Shown one piece after another: positions 10,206 through 22,021 of a stretch of DNA of 55,742 nucleotides; the first letter of the stretch is position 1; each line of letters begins with the position of its first letter. The notes under the pieces are model-generated. The model did no database searches. It was not told the origin of the DNA and was given only the letters and a program-made list of their open reading frames with translations. The DNA is taken from contig CALVZA010000014.1 in the NCBI GenBank assembly GCA_944372415.1, positions 1-55,742 of the forward strand, in the 5' to 3' direction. A program made the position numbers and the translations under genes. Source of the stretch: an uncultured Bacilli bacterium. Its GTDB lineage: Bacteria; Bacillota_I; Bacilli_A; RF39; UBA660.

Positions 10206-10580
10206 CTATTTACCAACTTTTTTCTTGTTAGCAACAACTTTTCCTCTACCTTTACGAGTTCTAGCATTTCTATTAGTTCTTTGACCACGAACTGGTAAAC
10301 CTTTTTTATGTCTAATACCTTCATAAGAACCAATTTCCATTTTATTTTTTATATTCATATTAACTTCACGACGAAGTTCACCTTCAACTAAATATTTATC
10401 TACTTCTTTTCTTAATTTGACTTCTTCCTCTTCAGTTAAAGCATTTACCTTTTTAAAACAATCAACATTTGCATCATCACAAATAGTCTTAGCCAAACTT
10501 CTTCCAATTCCATAAATACTAGTAAGTCCAGTTTGAATATTTTTATCTTTTGGTAATTCTATATTTTTAATACGTGCCAT
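10206..10580 (-). CDS. rpsM: 30S ribosomal protein S13
   Basis: [25 protein letters not shown]. Confidence 0.98.
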   Translation of the reverse strand: MARIKNIELPKDKNIQTGLTSIYGIGRSLAKTICDDANVDCFKKVNALTEEEEVKLRKEVDKYLVEGELRREVNMNIKNKMEIGSYEGIRHKKGLPVRGQRTNRNARTRKGRGKVVANKKKVGK

Positions 10581-10593
10581 TTTTTACCTCCTA

Positions 10594-10707
10594 TTAACCT
10601 TGTCTTTGTTTATGTTTTGGATTTTCACAAATAACCATAACTTTACCTTTTCTTCTAATTATTCTACATTTAGCACAAATTTTCTTTACTGATGGTCTAA
10701 CTTTCAT
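10594..10707 (-). CDS. rpmJ: 50S ribosomal protein L36 (37 aa, not in ORF track)
   Basis: Hand translation [37 protein letters not shown], with a GGAGG RBS. Confidence 0.97.
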   Translation of the reverse strand: MKVRPSVKKICAKCRIIRRKGKVMVICENPKHKQRQG

Positions 10708-10721
10708 AATTAATTCCTCCA

Positions 10722-10934
10722 TTATTTTCTATAAGTTATACGCCCACGTTTTAAATCATATGGTGAAAACTCTACTGTAACCTTGTCACCTGGTAAGACA
10801 CGAATCATATTCATTCGCATTTTACCAGAAACGCGAGCCATTACAATAGTTCCATTCTCTAATTCCACTTTATAATCGTCTTTGATACTGTCAATAACTT
10901 TACCTTCGACTTCTATTGTAGCTTCTTTAGCCAT
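10722..10934 (-). CDS. infA: Translation initiation factor IF-1
   Basis: [34 protein letters not shown]. Confidence 0.98.
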   Translation of the reverse strand: MAKEATIEVEGKVIDSIKDDYKVELENGTIVMARVSGKMRMNMIRVLPGDKVTVEFSPYDLKRGRITYRK

Positions 10935-10937
10935 TTT

Positions 10938-11684
10938 TCACTCTCCTGTTAATATTTCATATCCATCATCACGAACAACAATAGTATGTTCAAAATGTGC
11001 ACTAGGTTTACCATCTTGAGTAATTATTGTCCAATCATCATCTAGGATATAAATTTTTCTAGTTCCTAAATTTAACATCGGTTCAACAGCCAACGTCATT
11101 CCAGTTTTTAATGTTATACCAGTATTGTATTTACCATAATTTGGAACATCCGGTTCTTCATGTAAACTAGTTCCAACGCCGTGACCAACTAATTCTCTTA
11201 CAACACCTAAATTATGTTTTTTTGCATACTGTTCAATTCTCGCACCGACATTACCTAGTTTAGCACCATTTTTAATTTCTTTAAGACCAGCAAACAAAGC
11301 TTTCTCAGTATGGTGCAATAAATATTTTTTTTCTTGATTAATATTCCCAACTGGATAAGTCCAAGCCGAATCTGAATGATATCCATCCTTAATGACACCA
11401 ATATCTAAGGATACAATGTCACCATCTTTTAAAACCCTATCTCCAGGTATTCCATGAACAACTTCCTCATTTACAGAAACACATATACTTCCAGGATAAT
11501 CATATAAACCTAAAAACCCAGGTACACAGCCATTTCTTCTTATAAATTTATCAGCCTCATCATTTAAATATTTAGTTGTAACACCAGGTTTTATTAGTGA
11601 TTTTAAATACTGATGAGTCAAATAATTAATATGACCTGCCTCTTTCATTTTTTGTATTTCTTCTTCAGATTTTATAGATATCAT
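10938..11684 (-). CDS. map: Methionine aminopeptidase type I
   Basis: SVNEEVVHGIP, DIG, DSAWT, GHGVG, EPM, SAHFEHT; ends in TGA. Confidence 0.97.
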   Translation of the reverse strand: MISIKSEEEIQKMKEAGHINYLTHQYLKSLIKPGVTTKYLNDEADKFIRRNGCVPGFLGLYDYPGSICVSVNEEVVHGIPGDRVLKDGDIVSLDIGVIKDGYHSDSAWTYPVGNINQEKKYLLHHTEKALFAGLKEIKNGAKLGNVGARIEQYAKKHNLGVVRELVGHGVGTSLHEEPDVPNYGKYNTGITLKTGMTLAVEPMLNLGTRKIYILDDDWTIITQDGKPSAHFEHTIVVRDDGYEILTGE

Positions 11685-12328
11685 TAATCAATCACTTTCT
11701 TTACTTCTTCAAATGTTTCATTTGGAGTATCTACTTTATTAATAATTACTAACTTACCCTTATTATCATAATAATCTAATAAAGGTTTAGTATTTTCTAT
11801 ATAAGTTGCAAATCTTTCTTTAAATGATTCTTCATTATCATCACTTCGACTTACTAAACTTACATTACAACAATCACAAATGCCTTCTACTTTAGGCATC
11901 TTCTCTTTTATATATTTGTTATAAATTCTATTACAATTAGGACAACTAATACGACCTAATGCACGCTTCATTGCTGTATCACTATCAACATTTAAATATA
12001 TAACTACATCAACAGTCAAATTTAGTTCTTCTAATATTTTATCTAATATACTAGCCTGATTTAAATTTCTAGGATATCCATCTAATATAAATGGACTACT
12101 TATACTAGTTAATTTTTCTCTTAAAAGTTTAGTAATAATATCATCATCAACAAGTAATCCCTTTGCTAACAAATGTTTAATTTTATTACCTAATTCACTA
12201 TTTTCATTTTGTTTTTCACGAAGTAAATCACCAGTAGAAATATGAATATAGTTATAATTTTCAATTAACAATTCACTTTGCGTCCCCTTACCAGCAGCTG
12301 GAGGTGCAATAAAGATTATATTCTTCAT
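11684..12328 (-). CDS. adk: Adenylate kinase with zinc-binding LID
   Basis: APPAAGKGTQ, HISTGDLLR, LDGYPR, CPNC...CDCC. Confidence 0.97.
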   Translation of the reverse strand: MKNIIFIAPPAAGKGTQSELLIENYNYIHISTGDLLREKQNENSELGNKIKHLLAKGLLVDDDIITKLLREKLTSISSPFILDGYPRNLNQASILDKILEELNLTVDVVIYLNVDSDTAMKRALGRISCPNCNRIYNKYIKEKMPKVEGICDCCNVSLVSRSDDNEESFKERFATYIENTKPLLDYYDNKGKLVIINKVDTPNETFEEVKKVID

Positions 12329-13596
12329 TATCTTCTGCGTCTCTTTCTTGCACCACTATAACTTCTACTTACTATAGAACTTTCTAATTGCTTATAAGTT
12401 TCTAATGCAACTCCTACAACAATCAATAACCCTGTTCCTCCTAAAGTTACAGAACTTGATAAATGAGGAATCTTACTCATTAAAATAGGTAAAGCAGCAA
12501 TTATAATTAAAAATATAGAACCAACAACTGTAAGTCTAGTTATAACATATTTTAAATAACTACTAGTTTGTGATCCAGGAGTAACTCCAGGAATATAACT
12601 TCTATTTTTATCTAAATTTTCACTCATTTCATCTGGATTTAATTCCATTAATGTATATACATAACCAAATACAAAGATTAATACAATATAAAGAATAAAA
12701 CCTGTGAGTGAAGTATAATTTATATAATTATTAACAAAATTTTTAAAAGCCTCATTATTAATAACTTGAGCAATCAAGGATGGTATTCCAACAAATGCAG
12801 AAGCAAATATTACAGGCATAACACTAGCACTATTTAATTTAATAGGAATATAAGATTGTTCTTTATTATATGCAGTACTTGTTCTACTACTATATTGAAT
12901 CGGTATTCTTCTTTGAGCAGATTCGACAAATATTACACCTACCAATATAAAGATATAAACTAAAACAAATAATATAAACAAACTAATACCTGCTAAAGTA
13001 CCAAAGTTACCAGAAGTAACTAAATCATTAAATGCTGTTAAAAATATATTAGGTAATTGTTGAACAATACCCGCCATAATTAGTAATGACATTCCATTAC
13101 CAATACCCTTATTAGTAACTTGATCAGCAAGCCATATAAGTAATGAACTTCCTGCAGTTAATATTAAAGTGGTTTTTAAAACTGTTAAAGTACCATATCC
13201 TTTTAAATAAGCATAACTAAATATATAACCTTGTACAAATGCAAATAATATACCTAAATATCTATTTATCCTATTAATTTTTTGCCTACCTGTTGCTCCT
13301 TGATCCTTGAGTTCTTTAAAGTACGGTATTATATCCATTTGTAATAATTGCGTAATGATTGATGCTGAAATATAAGGCATAACCCCCAACGCAAATATTG
13401 AAAATGTTTTTAAACTACCGCCACTCATTAAATTTAAAAGTTCTAAGAATCCTAAATCACTTGTGATTGCCTTAGCACCAGGAACCACTATAGTAGTACC
13501 TGCAACAAATATAGCCAAAATAGCCAAAGTGAATAGAATTCTTTTTCTTAAATCTTTATTAGTAGGACTAAATAATCCTTTAAGATTAGAAAACAT
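12328..13596 (-). CDS. secY: Preprotein translocase SecY
   Basis: FSIFALGVMPYISASII, GIGNGMSLLI, IPGVTPG, GGTGLLIVVGV. Confidence 0.98.
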   Translation of the reverse strand: MFSNLKGLFSPTNKDLRKRILFTLAILAIFVAGTTIVVPGAKAITSDLGFLELLNLMSGGSLKTFSIFALGVMPYISASIITQLLQMDIIPYFKELKDQGATGRQKINRINRYLGILFAFVQGYIFSYAYLKGYGTLTVLKTTLILTAGSSLLIWLADQVTNKGIGNGMSLLIMAGIVQQLPNIFLTAFNDLVTSGNFGTLAGISLFILFVLVYIFILVGVIFVESAQRRIPIQYSSRTSTAYNKEQSYIPIKLNSASVMPVIFASAFVGIPSLIAQVINNEAFKNFVNNYINYTSLTGFILYIVLIFVFGYVYTLMELNPDEMSENLDKNRSYIPGVTPGSQTSSYLKYVITRLTVVGSIFLIIIAALPILMSKIPHLSSSVTLGGTGLLIVVGVALETYKQLESSIVSRSYSGARKRRRR

Positions 13597-14036
13597 TAAA
13601 TCACCTCAGCAGTTCCGCCAGCACTCTCTATCTTAGTAACAGCAGTGCTTGAAAATCTCTGAGCCCTAACTGTTAATTTCTTTTCTAAAGTACCATTACC
13701 TAGTACTTTAATTCCACAAAGTTGTTTTTTAACAATACCTTTTTCCTTTAATAATTCAGGAGTAACAACATCCCCATCATTAAATCTATTTAAATCACTT
13801 AAATTTATAGTAGCAAATTCAATTCTAAATCTAGCATTATTAAATCCTCTTTTAGGAATTCTTCTATATAAAGGACTTTGTCCACCTTCGAACCATGCTG
13901 AAACACCTGCTCCACTTCTAGACTTTTGTCCATTTTCTCCACGAGTAGATGTTTTACCCATACCAGATCCAGGTCCACGTCCTACTCTTTTTCTAGATTT
14001 TTTTTCTGGAGTAACACATAAATTTTCTAACTTCAT
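13596..14036 (-). CDS. rplO: 50S ribosomal protein L15 (start MKLENL)
   Basis: [34 protein letters not shown]; ATG lies 1 nt after the rpsE stop. Confidence 0.97.
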   Translation of the reverse strand: MKLENLCVTPEKKSRKRVGRGPGSGMGKTSTRGENGQKSRSGAGVSAWFEGGQSPLYRRIPKRGFNNARFRIEFATINLSDLNRFNDGDVVTPELLKEKGIVKKQLCGIKVLGNGTLEKKLTVRAQRFSSTAVTKIESAGGTAEVI

Positions 14037-14037
14037 A

Positions 14038-14547
14038 TTATAACTCCTCAACTTTCTTACCACGTAATTCTGCTATATGTTCTGCAGTACGTTCTGATTT
14101 TAAAGCTTCTAATGTAGCCTTTGCCATATTAACTTTTGTATTAGAACCAAGTGATTTAGATACTATATCTTTAACACCGGCTAATTCCAAAATAACACGA
14201 ACAGCACCACCAGCTATAACTCCAGTACCTTCTTTAGCAGGTTTAATTAATACTCTTGCTTTTCCACAAACACCAATTGCATCATGTGGTATAGTTCTAT
14301 TATCAACAATAGAAACCTTGCATAAATTTTTATTTGCTGCTTGGATACCTTTTTTTATAGCCTCTGGAACTTCATTAGCCTTACCTGTTCCAATTCCAAC
14401 AAGTCCCTTTCCATCTCCTACTGCCATAGTAGCAGAAAAACGGAAATGACGACCTCCTTTAGTAACCTTAGTTACACGAGAGATAGAAACAACTCTTTCT
14501 TCAAGAAGTTTCTTTCTAGAGTCCATATTTTTTTCTTGTCTTGCCAT
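14038..14547 (-). CDS. rpsE: 30S ribosomal protein S5
   Basis: [28 protein letters not shown]. Confidence 0.98.
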   Translation of the reverse strand: MARQEKNMDSRKKLLEERVVSISRVTKVTKGGRHFRFSATMAVGDGKGLVGIGTGKANEVPEAIKKGIQAANKNLCKVSIVDNRTIPHDAIGVCGKARVLIKPAKEGTGVIAGGAVRVILELAGVKDIVSKSLGSNTKVNMAKATLEALKSERTAEHIAELRGKKVEEL

Positions 14548-14562
14548 ATACTATCCTCCCAC

Positions 14563-14919
14563 TTAAAATTCTAATCCGTTTTCACGTGCAGCCTCTGCTA
14601 AAGCCTGTACACGTCCATGATAAAGATATCCACCTCTATCAAATACTACTTTAGTTATTCCTGATGCCTTAGCCTTTAAAGCAATATCTTTTCCAACTAA
14701 TTTAGCACCTTCAACATTTCCACCATTTGTTAATTTTAAACTCAAACTTGATGAACTAACTAAGGTAATTCCTTTTTCGTCATCGATTATTTGAGCAAAA
14801 ATTTGTGAATTAGATCTAAATACATTTAGTCTTGGACATGTACTAGTACCATTTACTTTATTACGTACACGAGCATGTCTTACTTTTCTTAATTCATTTC
14901 TTGAAACCTTCTTAATCAT
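14563..14919 (-). CDS. rplR: 50S ribosomal protein L18
   Basis: [23 protein letters not shown]. Confidence 0.98.
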   Translation of the reverse strand: MIKKVSRNELRKVRHARVRNKVNGTSTCPRLNVFRSNSQIFAQIIDDEKGITLVSSSSLSLKLTNGGNVEGAKLVGKDIALKAKASGITKVVFDRGGYLYHGRVQALAEAARENGLEF

Positions 14920-14939
14920 ATACTAAAATCTCCCTTACC

Positions 14940-15479
14940 TTATTTAGCCGCTTTCTTTCCTTCTTTACGTCTAATATGTTCACCCTTAAATCTAATACCT
15001 TTACCTTTATATGGTTCTGGTTTTCTAAGTTTTCTTATATTAGCTGCAAATTCAGAAATCTTTTGTTTATCAATACCACTTATAGCTATTTCAGTAGTAC
15101 TTACTTGTTCAACTTTTAAATCACTTGGCACTATAACTTCTACTGGATGAGAAAAACCAGCATTAACATTAATCTTATTTCCTTGAACATTAAATCTGTA
15201 CCCTACACCAACTATTTCTAATTCCTTTTTATATCCTTCACTAACACCTATAATCATATTTTTAATTAAAGCATTAGTAGTTCCGTGTAAACTTTTTATT
15301 TCTTTTAAATCATTTGGTCTTGTTATTACTACACTATTATCTTCTACTTTAACAGTAATTTCTTTATTAAAAGTATAACTTAATTCTCCTTTAGGCCCTT
15401 TAACAGTAACAGTATTATTATCTACTGTTACATTAACGCCTTCTGGAATATTTAATTTTCTATTACCTATTCTACTCAT
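14940..15479 (-). CDS. rplF: 50S ribosomal protein L6
   Basis: MSRIG, KGPKGEL, RKPEPYKGKGI. Confidence 0.98.
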   Translation of the reverse strand: MSRIGNRKLNIPEGVNVTVDNNTVTVKGPKGELSYTFNKEITVKVEDNSVVITRPNDLKEIKSLHGTTNALIKNMIIGVSEGYKKELEIVGVGYRFNVQGNKINVNAGFSHPVEVIVPSDLKVEQVSTTEIAISGIDKQKISEFAANIRKLRKPEPYKGKGIRFKGEHIRRKEGKKAAK

Positions 15480-15491
15480 AACATATTTTCC

Positions 15492-15890
15492 TTACCAAAT
15501 ATAGGCAAGTACTTCTCCTCCTAGATGTTTACTTCTAGCATCTCTATCTGTCATTAATCCTTCTGATGTAGAAATAATAGCAATTCCTAATCCATTTAAA
15601 ACTCTAGGAAGTTCATCATGTTTTGCGTAAACTCTAAGTCCAGGTTTACTAATTCTTTTAAGACCAGTAATAACTCTTTCTTTTTTTCCTTCAGAATATT
15701 TAAGATCTAAAATAATTGTATCTCCATTACTATTCTTATTTACCTTATAATTACTAATGTAACCTTCAGATACTAATATTTTAGAAATTTCTTCAATCAT
15801 TTTAGAACCTAATACTTCAACAGTATCATATTTCATTTGATTTGCATTACGAATTCTTGTAAGCATATCTGCTATTCTATCATTTACCAT
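15492..15890 (-). CDS. rpsH: 30S ribosomal protein S8 (start MVNDRIAD)
   Basis: DRIADMLTRIRNA, ISKPGLRVY, GGEVLAYIW. Confidence 0.98.
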   Translation of the reverse strand: MVNDRIADMLTRIRNANQMKYDTVEVLGSKMIEEISKILVSEGYISNYKVNKNSNGDTIILDLKYSEGKKERVITGLKRISKPGLRVYAKHDELPRVLNGLGIAIISTSEGLMTDRDARSKHLGGEVLAYIW

Positions 15891-15904
15891 AATTCCCTTC
15901 CTTT

Positions 15905-16090
15905 CTACCAACTAGACTTTTTAACACCAGGTATCTGTCCTTGGTTAGCAAGTTCTCTAAAACAAATACGGCATAGACCAAATTTTCTTAAAACCCCGTG
16001 AGGACGTCCACATCTCTCACAACGAGTATAACTTCTTACACTATATTTAGGTGTACGTTTATTTTTAACTTTCATACTTGTTTTTGCCAT
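15905..16090 (-). CDS. rpsN: 30S ribosomal protein S14 type Z (Zn-binding, 61 aa)
   Basis: [23 protein letters not shown]. Confidence 0.98.
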   Translation of the reverse strand: MAKTSMKVKNKRTPKYSVRSYTRCERCGRPHGVLRKFGLCRICFRELANQGQIPGVKKSSW

Positions 16091-16098
16091 AACGTTAC

Positions 16099-16638
16099 CT
16101 ACTTTCTAAATGGCATTCCGAATCCGCTTAATAATTCAAACGCTTCTTCGTTAGTTTTTGCAGTTGTAACAAAAACTATATCCATTCCTCTCAATTTTAC
16201 TATTTCATCATAATTAATTTCAGGGAAAATTAATTGTTCTTTAATACCTAAAGTATAATTACCAAAACCATCAAAAGCTTTTGGTGATACACCTCTAAAA
16301 TCTCTTACACGAGGAAGTGCAACTTTAATTAATTTTTCCATAAAATTATACATAGCCTCTCCTCTTAAAGTTACTTTAACTCCAATAGATTGACCTTCCC
16401 TTAACTTAAATCCCGCTATAGATTTTTTAGCTTTAGTAATTACAGGTTTTTGTCCAGCTATTAACTCTAAGTCTTTTGCTGCAGCTTCAATGAATTTTGA
16501 ATCATGACTAGCTTCACCTACACCTATATTGATAACTATCTTATCTATCTTAGGAACTTCCATTATTGATGAATAATTGAACTTTTCCATTAAGTTTTTC
16601 TTAATTTCATTATTATATAAATCTTTTAATGTACTCAT
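16099..16638 (-). CDS. rplE: 50S ribosomal protein L5
   Basis: [28 protein letters not shown]. Confidence 0.98.
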   Translation of the reverse strand: MSTLKDLYNNEIKKNLMEKFNYSSIMEVPKIDKIVINIGVGEASHDSKFIEAAAKDLELIAGQKPVITKAKKSIAGFKLREGQSIGVKVTLRGEAMYNFMEKLIKVALPRVRDFRGVSPKAFDGFGNYTLGIKEQLIFPEINYDEIVKLRGMDIVFVTTAKTNEEAFELLSGFGMPFRK

Positions 16639-16925
16639 TATTTTTCACCTACTTCTTTCTTAGTAGATTTTTTTGTAGTAGTTTTTTTAGTTTCAGCCTT
16701 ATCTTTTGCTTCGATAACTTTTACATTAGATACATGAATTGGTGCTTCAACACTAAGTATACCACCAGTTTCGTTCATTTGATTTGGTTTCATATGTTTT
16801 TTAACAATATTAATACCTTCAACTACAACTTTATCCTTCTTTTTAAGAGTAAGAATTACTTTGCCTTCCTTACCTCTATCTTTTCCAGCTAAAATACGTA
16901 CTTTATCTCCAACTCTAACTTTCAT
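16638..16925 (-). CDS. rplX: 50S ribosomal protein L24 (short, K/T-rich tail)
   Basis: [25 protein letters not shown]. Confidence 0.96.
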   Translation of the reverse strand: MKVRVGDKVRILAGKDRGKEGKVILTLKKKDKVVVEGINIVKKHMKPNQMNETGGILSVEAPIHVSNVKVIEAKDKAETKKTTTKKSTKKEVGEK

Positions 16926-16933
16926 ATATCCTC

Positions 16934-17302
16934 CTATAATACCTCAGGTGCTAGTGAAATTATCTTCATATAATCTTTATCACGTAATTCACGAGCAACT
17001 GGTCCAAGAACACGTGTTCCAATTGGACTCTTATCATCTTTTATTAATACACATGCATTATCATCGAATCTTATGTAAGAACCATCTTTACGTCTAACAC
17101 CTTCAACACTTCTTACAATAACAGCCTTAACTACTTTTCCTTTTTTTACATTTGAATTAGGTATAGTTTTCTTAACAGATGCTACTACTACATCTCCAAT
17201 ATTACCATACTTTCTCTTACTTCCGCCCAATACTCTAATAACCATTAGTTCACGAGCGCCAGAGTTATCAGCTACTTTTAATCTAGTTTGTTGTTGTATC
17301 AT
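16934..17302 (-). CDS. rplN: 50S ribosomal protein L14
   Basis: [23 protein letters not shown]. Confidence 0.98.
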   Translation of the reverse strand: MIQQQTRLKVADNSGARELMVIRVLGGSKRKYGNIGDVVVASVKKTIPNSNVKKGKVVKAVIVRSVEGVRRKDGSYIRFDDNACVLIKDDKSPIGTRVLGPVARELRDKDYMKIISLAPEVL

Positions 17303-17313
17303 AATAACCCTCC

Positions 17314-17574
17314 TTAAAGAATCACAGCTTCTTTGATCACACTTACTAATTCATATCTTTTAGTTTTAGATAATGGACGAGTCATTGCAATCTTAACTGT
17401 GTCTCCTACCTTTGCAATATTTTTTTCATCGTGTGCACGATATTTCTTTGAATATTTAACCATTTTATGGTATAAAGGATGTTTTCTGTGAGTTTCAACT
17501 AAAACAGTAATAGTCTTATCATTTTTATCACTTACAACACGACCAACAAGTTCTGTTCTTTTTGTTTGTTCCAT
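17314..17574 (-). CDS. rpsQ: 30S ribosomal protein S17
   Basis: [23 protein letters not shown]. Confidence 0.98.
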   Translation of the reverse strand: MEQTKRTELVGRVVSDKNDKTITVLVETHRKHPLYHKMVKYSKKYRAHDEKNIAKVGDTVKIAMTRPLSKTKRYELVSVIKEAVIL

Positions 17575-17777
17575 TAGTTTTCACTCCCATCATTCATTTT
17601 TTCTGTTAATACAGTTTTTAATCTAGCTACATCTTTTCTTAATTTATTAATCATATGAGGTTTTTCAAGATTTCCAGTAGCCTGTTTCATACGTAGTTCA
17701 AATAATTCATTCTTTATTTCAACTATTTTTTTATTTATATCTTCAATAGACATTTCTCTAATTTCACTAGTTTTCAT
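17574..17777 (-). CDS. rpmC: 50S ribosomal protein L29
   Basis: [16 protein letters not shown]; position between rplP and rpsQ. Confidence 0.97.
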   Translation of the reverse strand: MKTSEIREMSIEDINKKIVEIKNELFELRMKQATGNLEKPHMINKLRKDVARLKTVLTEKMNDGSEN

Positions 17778-18201
17778 CTTTTAACCCCTCACTTTCTCTC
17801 ATAACAAATTTAGTTTTAACACTTAATTTATGACTAGCAAGTCTTAATGCTTCACGAGCAATTTCTTCACTAACTCCAGCAATTTCAAACATTACTTTGC
17901 CTTCCTTAACAACTGCTACCCATTCTTCAACGTTACCTTTTCCCTTACCTTGACGAGTTTCTAAAGGTTTTTTAGTTCTAGCCAAATGAGGGAAAATATT
18001 AATCCAAACTTTACCACCACGTTTCATATAACGTGTCATAGCGATACGAGCTGCCTCTATTTGACGAGCACTTACATATCCACCTTCTTTAGCTTGAAGA
18101 CCGTAGTCACCAAATTGTACAGTTAAATTTCCTTTAGCCTTACCATCATAAGTAAGTCTATGTGGCTTTCTATATTTAGTTCTTTTTGGCATTAGTGGCA
18201 T
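17767..18201 (-). CDS. rplP: 50S ribosomal protein L16
   Basis: [23 protein letters not shown]. Confidence 0.98.
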   Translation of the reverse strand: MPLMPKRTKYRKPHRLTYDGKAKGNLTVQFGDYGLQAKEGGYVSARQIEAARIAMTRYMKRGGKVWINIFPHLARTKKPLETRQGKGKGNVEEWVAVVKEGKVMFEIAGVSEEIAREALRLASHKLSVKTKFVMRESEGLKDEN

Positions 18202-18853
18202 TACGACCAGCCTCCTTTACCTTTTTATTACCTAAGATTTCTCCTTTGTAAATCCAAACCTTTACACCAATTTTACCATAAGTTGTATTAGCTTCACTTG
18301 TTGCATAATCTATATTGGCTCTAATAGTATGTAGTGGAACAGTACCTTCTGTATAACCTTCTGTACGTGCCATTTCTGCTCCTGCTAATCTTCCTGATAC
18401 AGCAGTCTTAATTCCTTTTGCTCCAGCCTTCATAGTATTTTTGATAGCTTTCTTTTGAACATTACGGAAATTAGCTCTGTTTTCAATTTGTTTAGCAATT
18501 GAATCTGCAACTAATTTTGCATTTAAATCAGGATTTTTTTCTTCAATAATTGTTACATAAATTTCTTCATTAACATGTTTTTTTAAAGCTTTTCTTAATT
18601 TTTCGATATCTTCTCCACCACGGCCAATAATTACACCAGGTTTTGCAGTATGAATTTTTACTTCAACTTTATCTTTTCTTCTTTCAATTTCTACAGTACT
18701 AACTGCAGCATCACTTAAAGTTTTTAATAAATATTCACGAATTTTAATATCGTTATTTAATTTTACAGCATAATCTTTATCAGCAAACCAATTACTTTGC
18801 CATTTTTTATTTACTCCAAGTCTTAATCCATTAGGATTTACTTTTTGTCCCAT
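18176..18853 (-). CDS. rpsC: 30S ribosomal protein S3
   Basis: [34 protein letters not shown]. Confidence 0.98.
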   Translation of the reverse strand: MGQKVNPNGLRLGVNKKWQSNWFADKDYAVKLNNDIKIREYLLKTLSDAAVSTVEIERRKDKVEVKIHTAKPGVIIGRGGEDIEKLRKALKKHVNEEIYVTIIEEKNPDLNAKLVADSIAKQIENRANFRNVQKKAIKNTMKAGAKGIKTAVSGRLAGAEMARTEGYTEGTVPLHTIRANIDYATSEANTTYGKIGVKVWIYKGEILGNKKVKEAGRNATNAKKN

Positions 18854-19200
18854 TAGTTTGCCTCCTTAATACCGTCACTAACTTTAACAGTTATATGACT
18901 AGTTCTTTTATCTCTTCTATCAACCTTAGAACGTGATCCAATCTTAGATCTTTTTAAAACAGGTCCAGGATTGATAAAACATTCAGATATTACTAAATCT
19001 TCATATTTCATACCAAAATTATTTGTTGCATTAGCACATGCACTATTTAAAACTTTTTTAATTAATCTACTAGATTTAGTATTTGTATTATTTAATATTG
19101 CTACTGCTTCACTGGCTTTCTTGCCTCTTACTAAATCAAGAGTCATTCTAGCTTTTCTTGGAGCAATCATAGCAGATTTATGTATTGCAAACGTTTCCAT
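18853..19200 (-). CDS. rplV: 50S ribosomal protein L22
   Basis: [20 protein letters not shown]. Confidence 0.96.
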   Translation of the reverse strand: METFAIHKSAMIAPRKARMTLDLVRGKKASEAVAILNNTNTKSSRLIKKVLNSACANATNNFGMKYEDLVISECFINPGPVLKRSKIGSRSKVDRRDKRTSHITVKVSDGIKEAN

Positions 19201-19214
19201 CTAATCCTTACCTC

Positions 19215-19478
19215 CTACTTTTGTCCTGCATGTCCGCCGAATTTACGAGTTAAAGCAAATTCGCCTAATTTGTGTCCTACCATATCTTCAGTAACATATA
19301 CCGGAATAAATTCTTTACCATTATGTACTGCAACAGTATGTCCTACAAACTCAGGAAAGATTGTTGAACGACGAGACCAAGTTTTAACAACTTCTTTTTT
19401 ATTTGATTCATTTAATTTAACGATCTTTTTCATAAGACTTTCATCAATGAAAGGACCTTTTTTAATGCTTCTTGCCAT
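19215..19478 (-). CDS. rpsS: 30S ribosomal protein S19
   Basis: [23 protein letters not shown]. Confidence 0.98.
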   Translation of the reverse strand: MARSIKKGPFIDESLMKKIVKLNESNKKEVVKTWSRRSTIFPEFVGHTVAVHNGKEFIPVYVTEDMVGHKLGEFALTRKFGGHAGQK

Positions 19479-19492
19479 TTAAACACACTCTC

Positions 19493-20323
19493 CTATTTCT
19501 TTCTCTTACTGATAATTAATCTATCAGAAGCTTTCTTATTTTTACGAGTTTTTAATCCTAATGCTGGTTTACCCCAAGGAGTAACAGGACCTTTTCTTCC
19601 TATTGGTGTACGACCTTCTCCACCACCATGAGGGTGATCATTAGGGTTCATAACACTACCACGGTTAGTAGGTCTAATACCCATATGACGACTACGTCCA
19701 GCTTTACCAATATTTACTAATTCATAATCTTCATTACCAACTACACCAATTGTAGCCATACAAGTACCCAATACTAATCTTGTTTCTCCACTTTGAAGAC
19801 GTATCATCACATACTTGCCTTCTCTACCTAATATCTGAGCACTAGCTCCAGCAGAACGAGCAAGTTCAGCACCTTTTCCTGGTTTTAATTCAACATTATG
19901 AATAACTGTACCTACTGGAATATTCTTTAATAACATTGCGTTACCAACTTTAATATCTACTGCTTCACCACTCTCAACAATAGCACCTACTTGTAAATCT
20001 TTTGGAGCGATAATATATCTTTTTTCTCCATCTTTATAAGTAAGTAATGCTATATTTGCACTACGATTTGGATCATATTCAATAGTCGTTACACGAGCAG
20101 GTACTCCAAATTTATTTCTTTTAAAATCTATTAAACGATATTTTCTCTTAGCTCCTCCACCAATGTGTTGAACAGTCATTCTACCTTGATTATTTCTACC
20201 ACCAGTTTTAGTTTTTTTTACTAATAAACTTTTAGTAGGCTTAGAATTTGTTAACTCTTCATTTGCTAAAGTACTCATACCTCTACGACCATTAGTCGTT
20301 GGTTTATATTTCTTTATAGCCAT
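19493..20323 (-). CDS. rplB: 50S ribosomal protein L2
   Basis: [21 protein letters not shown]. Confidence 0.99.
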   Translation of the reverse strand: MAIKKYKPTTNGRRGMSTLANEELTNSKPTKSLLVKKTKTGGRNNQGRMTVQHIGGGAKRKYRLIDFKRNKFGVPARVTTIEYDPNRSANIALLTYKDGEKRYIIAPKDLQVGAIVESGEAVDIKVGNAMLLKNIPVGTVIHNVELKPGKGAELARSAGASAQILGREGKYVMIRLQSGETRLVLGTCMATIGVVGNEDYELVNIGKAGRSRHMGIRPTNRGSVMNPNDHPHGGGEGRTPIGRKGPVTPWGKPALGLKTRKNKKASDRLIISKRKK

Positions 20324-20336
20324 ATCTTACACCGCC

Positions 20337-20612
20337 TTACATTTCTATAGTTTGACCGTCAACTAAAGTAACGATAGCCTTTTTATAAGTCTTAGTTTTC
20401 CCAGTATATCTACCAACTCTTTTATCTTTAGATTTAGTATTTAATGTATTTACACTTTTTACCTTTACTCCAAATAAACTTTCTATAGCATTTTTTATTT
20501 GAATTTTATTAGCATCTTTAGCAACTTTGAAAACATAAGTTTTTCCATTACTTGCTAAAACTTGACTTTTTTCAGTTATAACTGGTGCAATAATAATTTC
20601 ACTATTCATCAT
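20337..20612 (-). CDS. rplW: 50S ribosomal protein L23
   Basis: PVITEKS, ANKIQIK, KKAIVTL. Confidence 0.97.
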   Translation of the reverse strand: MMNSEIIIAPVITEKSQVLASNGKTYVFKVAKDANKIQIKNAIESLFGVKVKSVNTLNTKSKDKRVGRYTGKTKTYKKAIVTLVDGQTIEM

Positions 20613-21235
20613 TATTTAAGCACCTCCTCTATATATTTAACTGCTGCTTCTTCTATTACCACAGTATCAGCATTAACAATATCATATACGTTAATTTCAT
20701 TAGCCATTAATACTGCTGCATAACCTAAATTTCTAGTTGCTAAATATAAATTTTCAGCATCTTCTAAAGTTATGAATAAAACTTTACCAGCTAATTTTAA
20801 ATTAACAATTAAATTTTTAATATCTTTAGTTTTTAAACTTTCAATATTTAAATTATCAACTATTACTAATTCTTTATTTTTAACTTTATCAGTTAAAGCA
20901 GAACGAATAGCAAGTCCTCTTTCCTTTTTATTCATTTTGAAAGTATAACTACGTGGTGTTACACCAAATACAACTCCACCACCTCTATAATGAGGAGCAC
21001 GAATAGTACCTTGTCTAGCATTACCAGTACCTTTTTGTCTATAAGGTTTCTTTCCTCCACCACTAACTTCACTACGTGTTTTAGTTTTATGAGTTCCTTG
21101 TCTTAAAGAAGCCATTTGTAAATCTAATGCTTTCTTTAAAACTATTTCATTAGTTTCAATATTCCATATGTTATCATTAAGTTTTAAATCACTAGTTTTT
21201 TCACCATTTAAGTTAATAATATCTATTTTTGCCAT
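20612..21235 (-). CDS. rplD: 50S ribosomal protein L4
   Basis: [26 protein letters not shown]. Confidence 0.98.
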   Translation of the reverse strand: MAKIDIINLNGEKTSDLKLNDNIWNIETNEIVLKKALDLQMASLRQGTHKTKTRSEVSGGGKKPYRQKGTGNARQGTIRAPHYRGGGVVFGVTPRSYTFKMNKKERGLAIRSALTDKVKNKELVIVDNLNIESLKTKDIKNLIVNLKLAGKVLFITLEDAENLYLATRNLGYAAVLMANEINVYDIVNADTVVIEEAAVKYIEEVLK

Positions 21236-21258
21236 TTCAAATCTCCTTTCATACTGAA

Positions 21259-22008
21259 TTAAACTTCAGCAGTTTCCTCGATTTCTTTAGTTTCTGTTAC
21301 ATCTTCAGTAACTGGTTCTACAGTATCAACAACAGTTTCTTCTGTTATTTCATACTTAACTAGTTCTTTAGGTTCACTTTTTTTATTTCCCTTAACTGCA
21401 GATTTAATTAAAACTAATGAATTCTTTGCGCCTGGAACATTTCCACTTACTAAAATATAATTTTCATTTACATTAACATCAATGATTTCTAAATTTTGAA
21501 TAGTAACTGTTTCACATCCCATATGACCAGCTAATTTTTTACCTTTTAATACTCTCATTGGTCTCATAGTACCCATTGATCCAGGTCTTCTATGATATCT
21601 CGAACCATGTGTTTCAGGTCCACGAGATTGATTATGACGTTTAATTACACCAGCAAAACCTTTACCTTTACTAGTTCCTGTTACGTCAACCTTTTCTCCA
21701 ATATTAAATGTGTCAGCTTTTATAGTACTTCCTAATTCGTAAGTTGCAATATCTTCAACTCTTATTTCTTTTAAGAAGCGCTTAGGAGCAACACCTGCTT
21801 TTTTAGCATGTCCTATTTCTTGTTTTGTAGCATGTTTTTCCTTTTTATCAACAATTCCTAATTGAATAGCATCATAACCGTCTTTTTCTTTTGTTTTAAT
21901 TTGAGTTATAACATTTGGTTCAACAGAAATTACTGTAACAGGAATAACCTTACCATCTGTCGTAAATTTCTCGGTCATACCGATTTTACGTCCTAAGATT
22001 CCTTTCAT
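21259..22008 (-). CDS. rplC: 50S ribosomal protein L3 with acidic C-terminal extension
   Basis: [28 protein letters not shown]. Confidence 0.98.
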   Translation of the reverse strand: MKGILGRKIGMTEKFTTDGKVIPVTVISVEPNVITQIKTKEKDGYDAIQLGIVDKKEKHATKQEIGHAKKAGVAPKRFLKEIRVEDIATYELGSTIKADTFNIGEKVDVTGTSKGKGFAGVIKRHNQSRGPETHGSRYHRRPGSMGTMRPMRVLKGKKLAGHMGCETVTIQNLEIIDVNVNENYILVSGNVPGAKNSLVLIKSAVKGNKKSEPKELVKYEITEETVVDTVEPVTEDVTETKEIEETAEV

Positions 22009-22021
22009 TTTTTACCTCCAA

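Noticed and set aside
9802-10206. Absence of rpsD from the alpha operon
   Set aside because: Normal for Bacilli, where rpsD is located elsewhere
8910-19482. Plus-strand ORFs within the ribosomal operon (8910, 14341, 15998, 16629, 16861, 18971, 19180)
   Set aside because: Antisense shadows of well-conserved genes with no recognisable motifs
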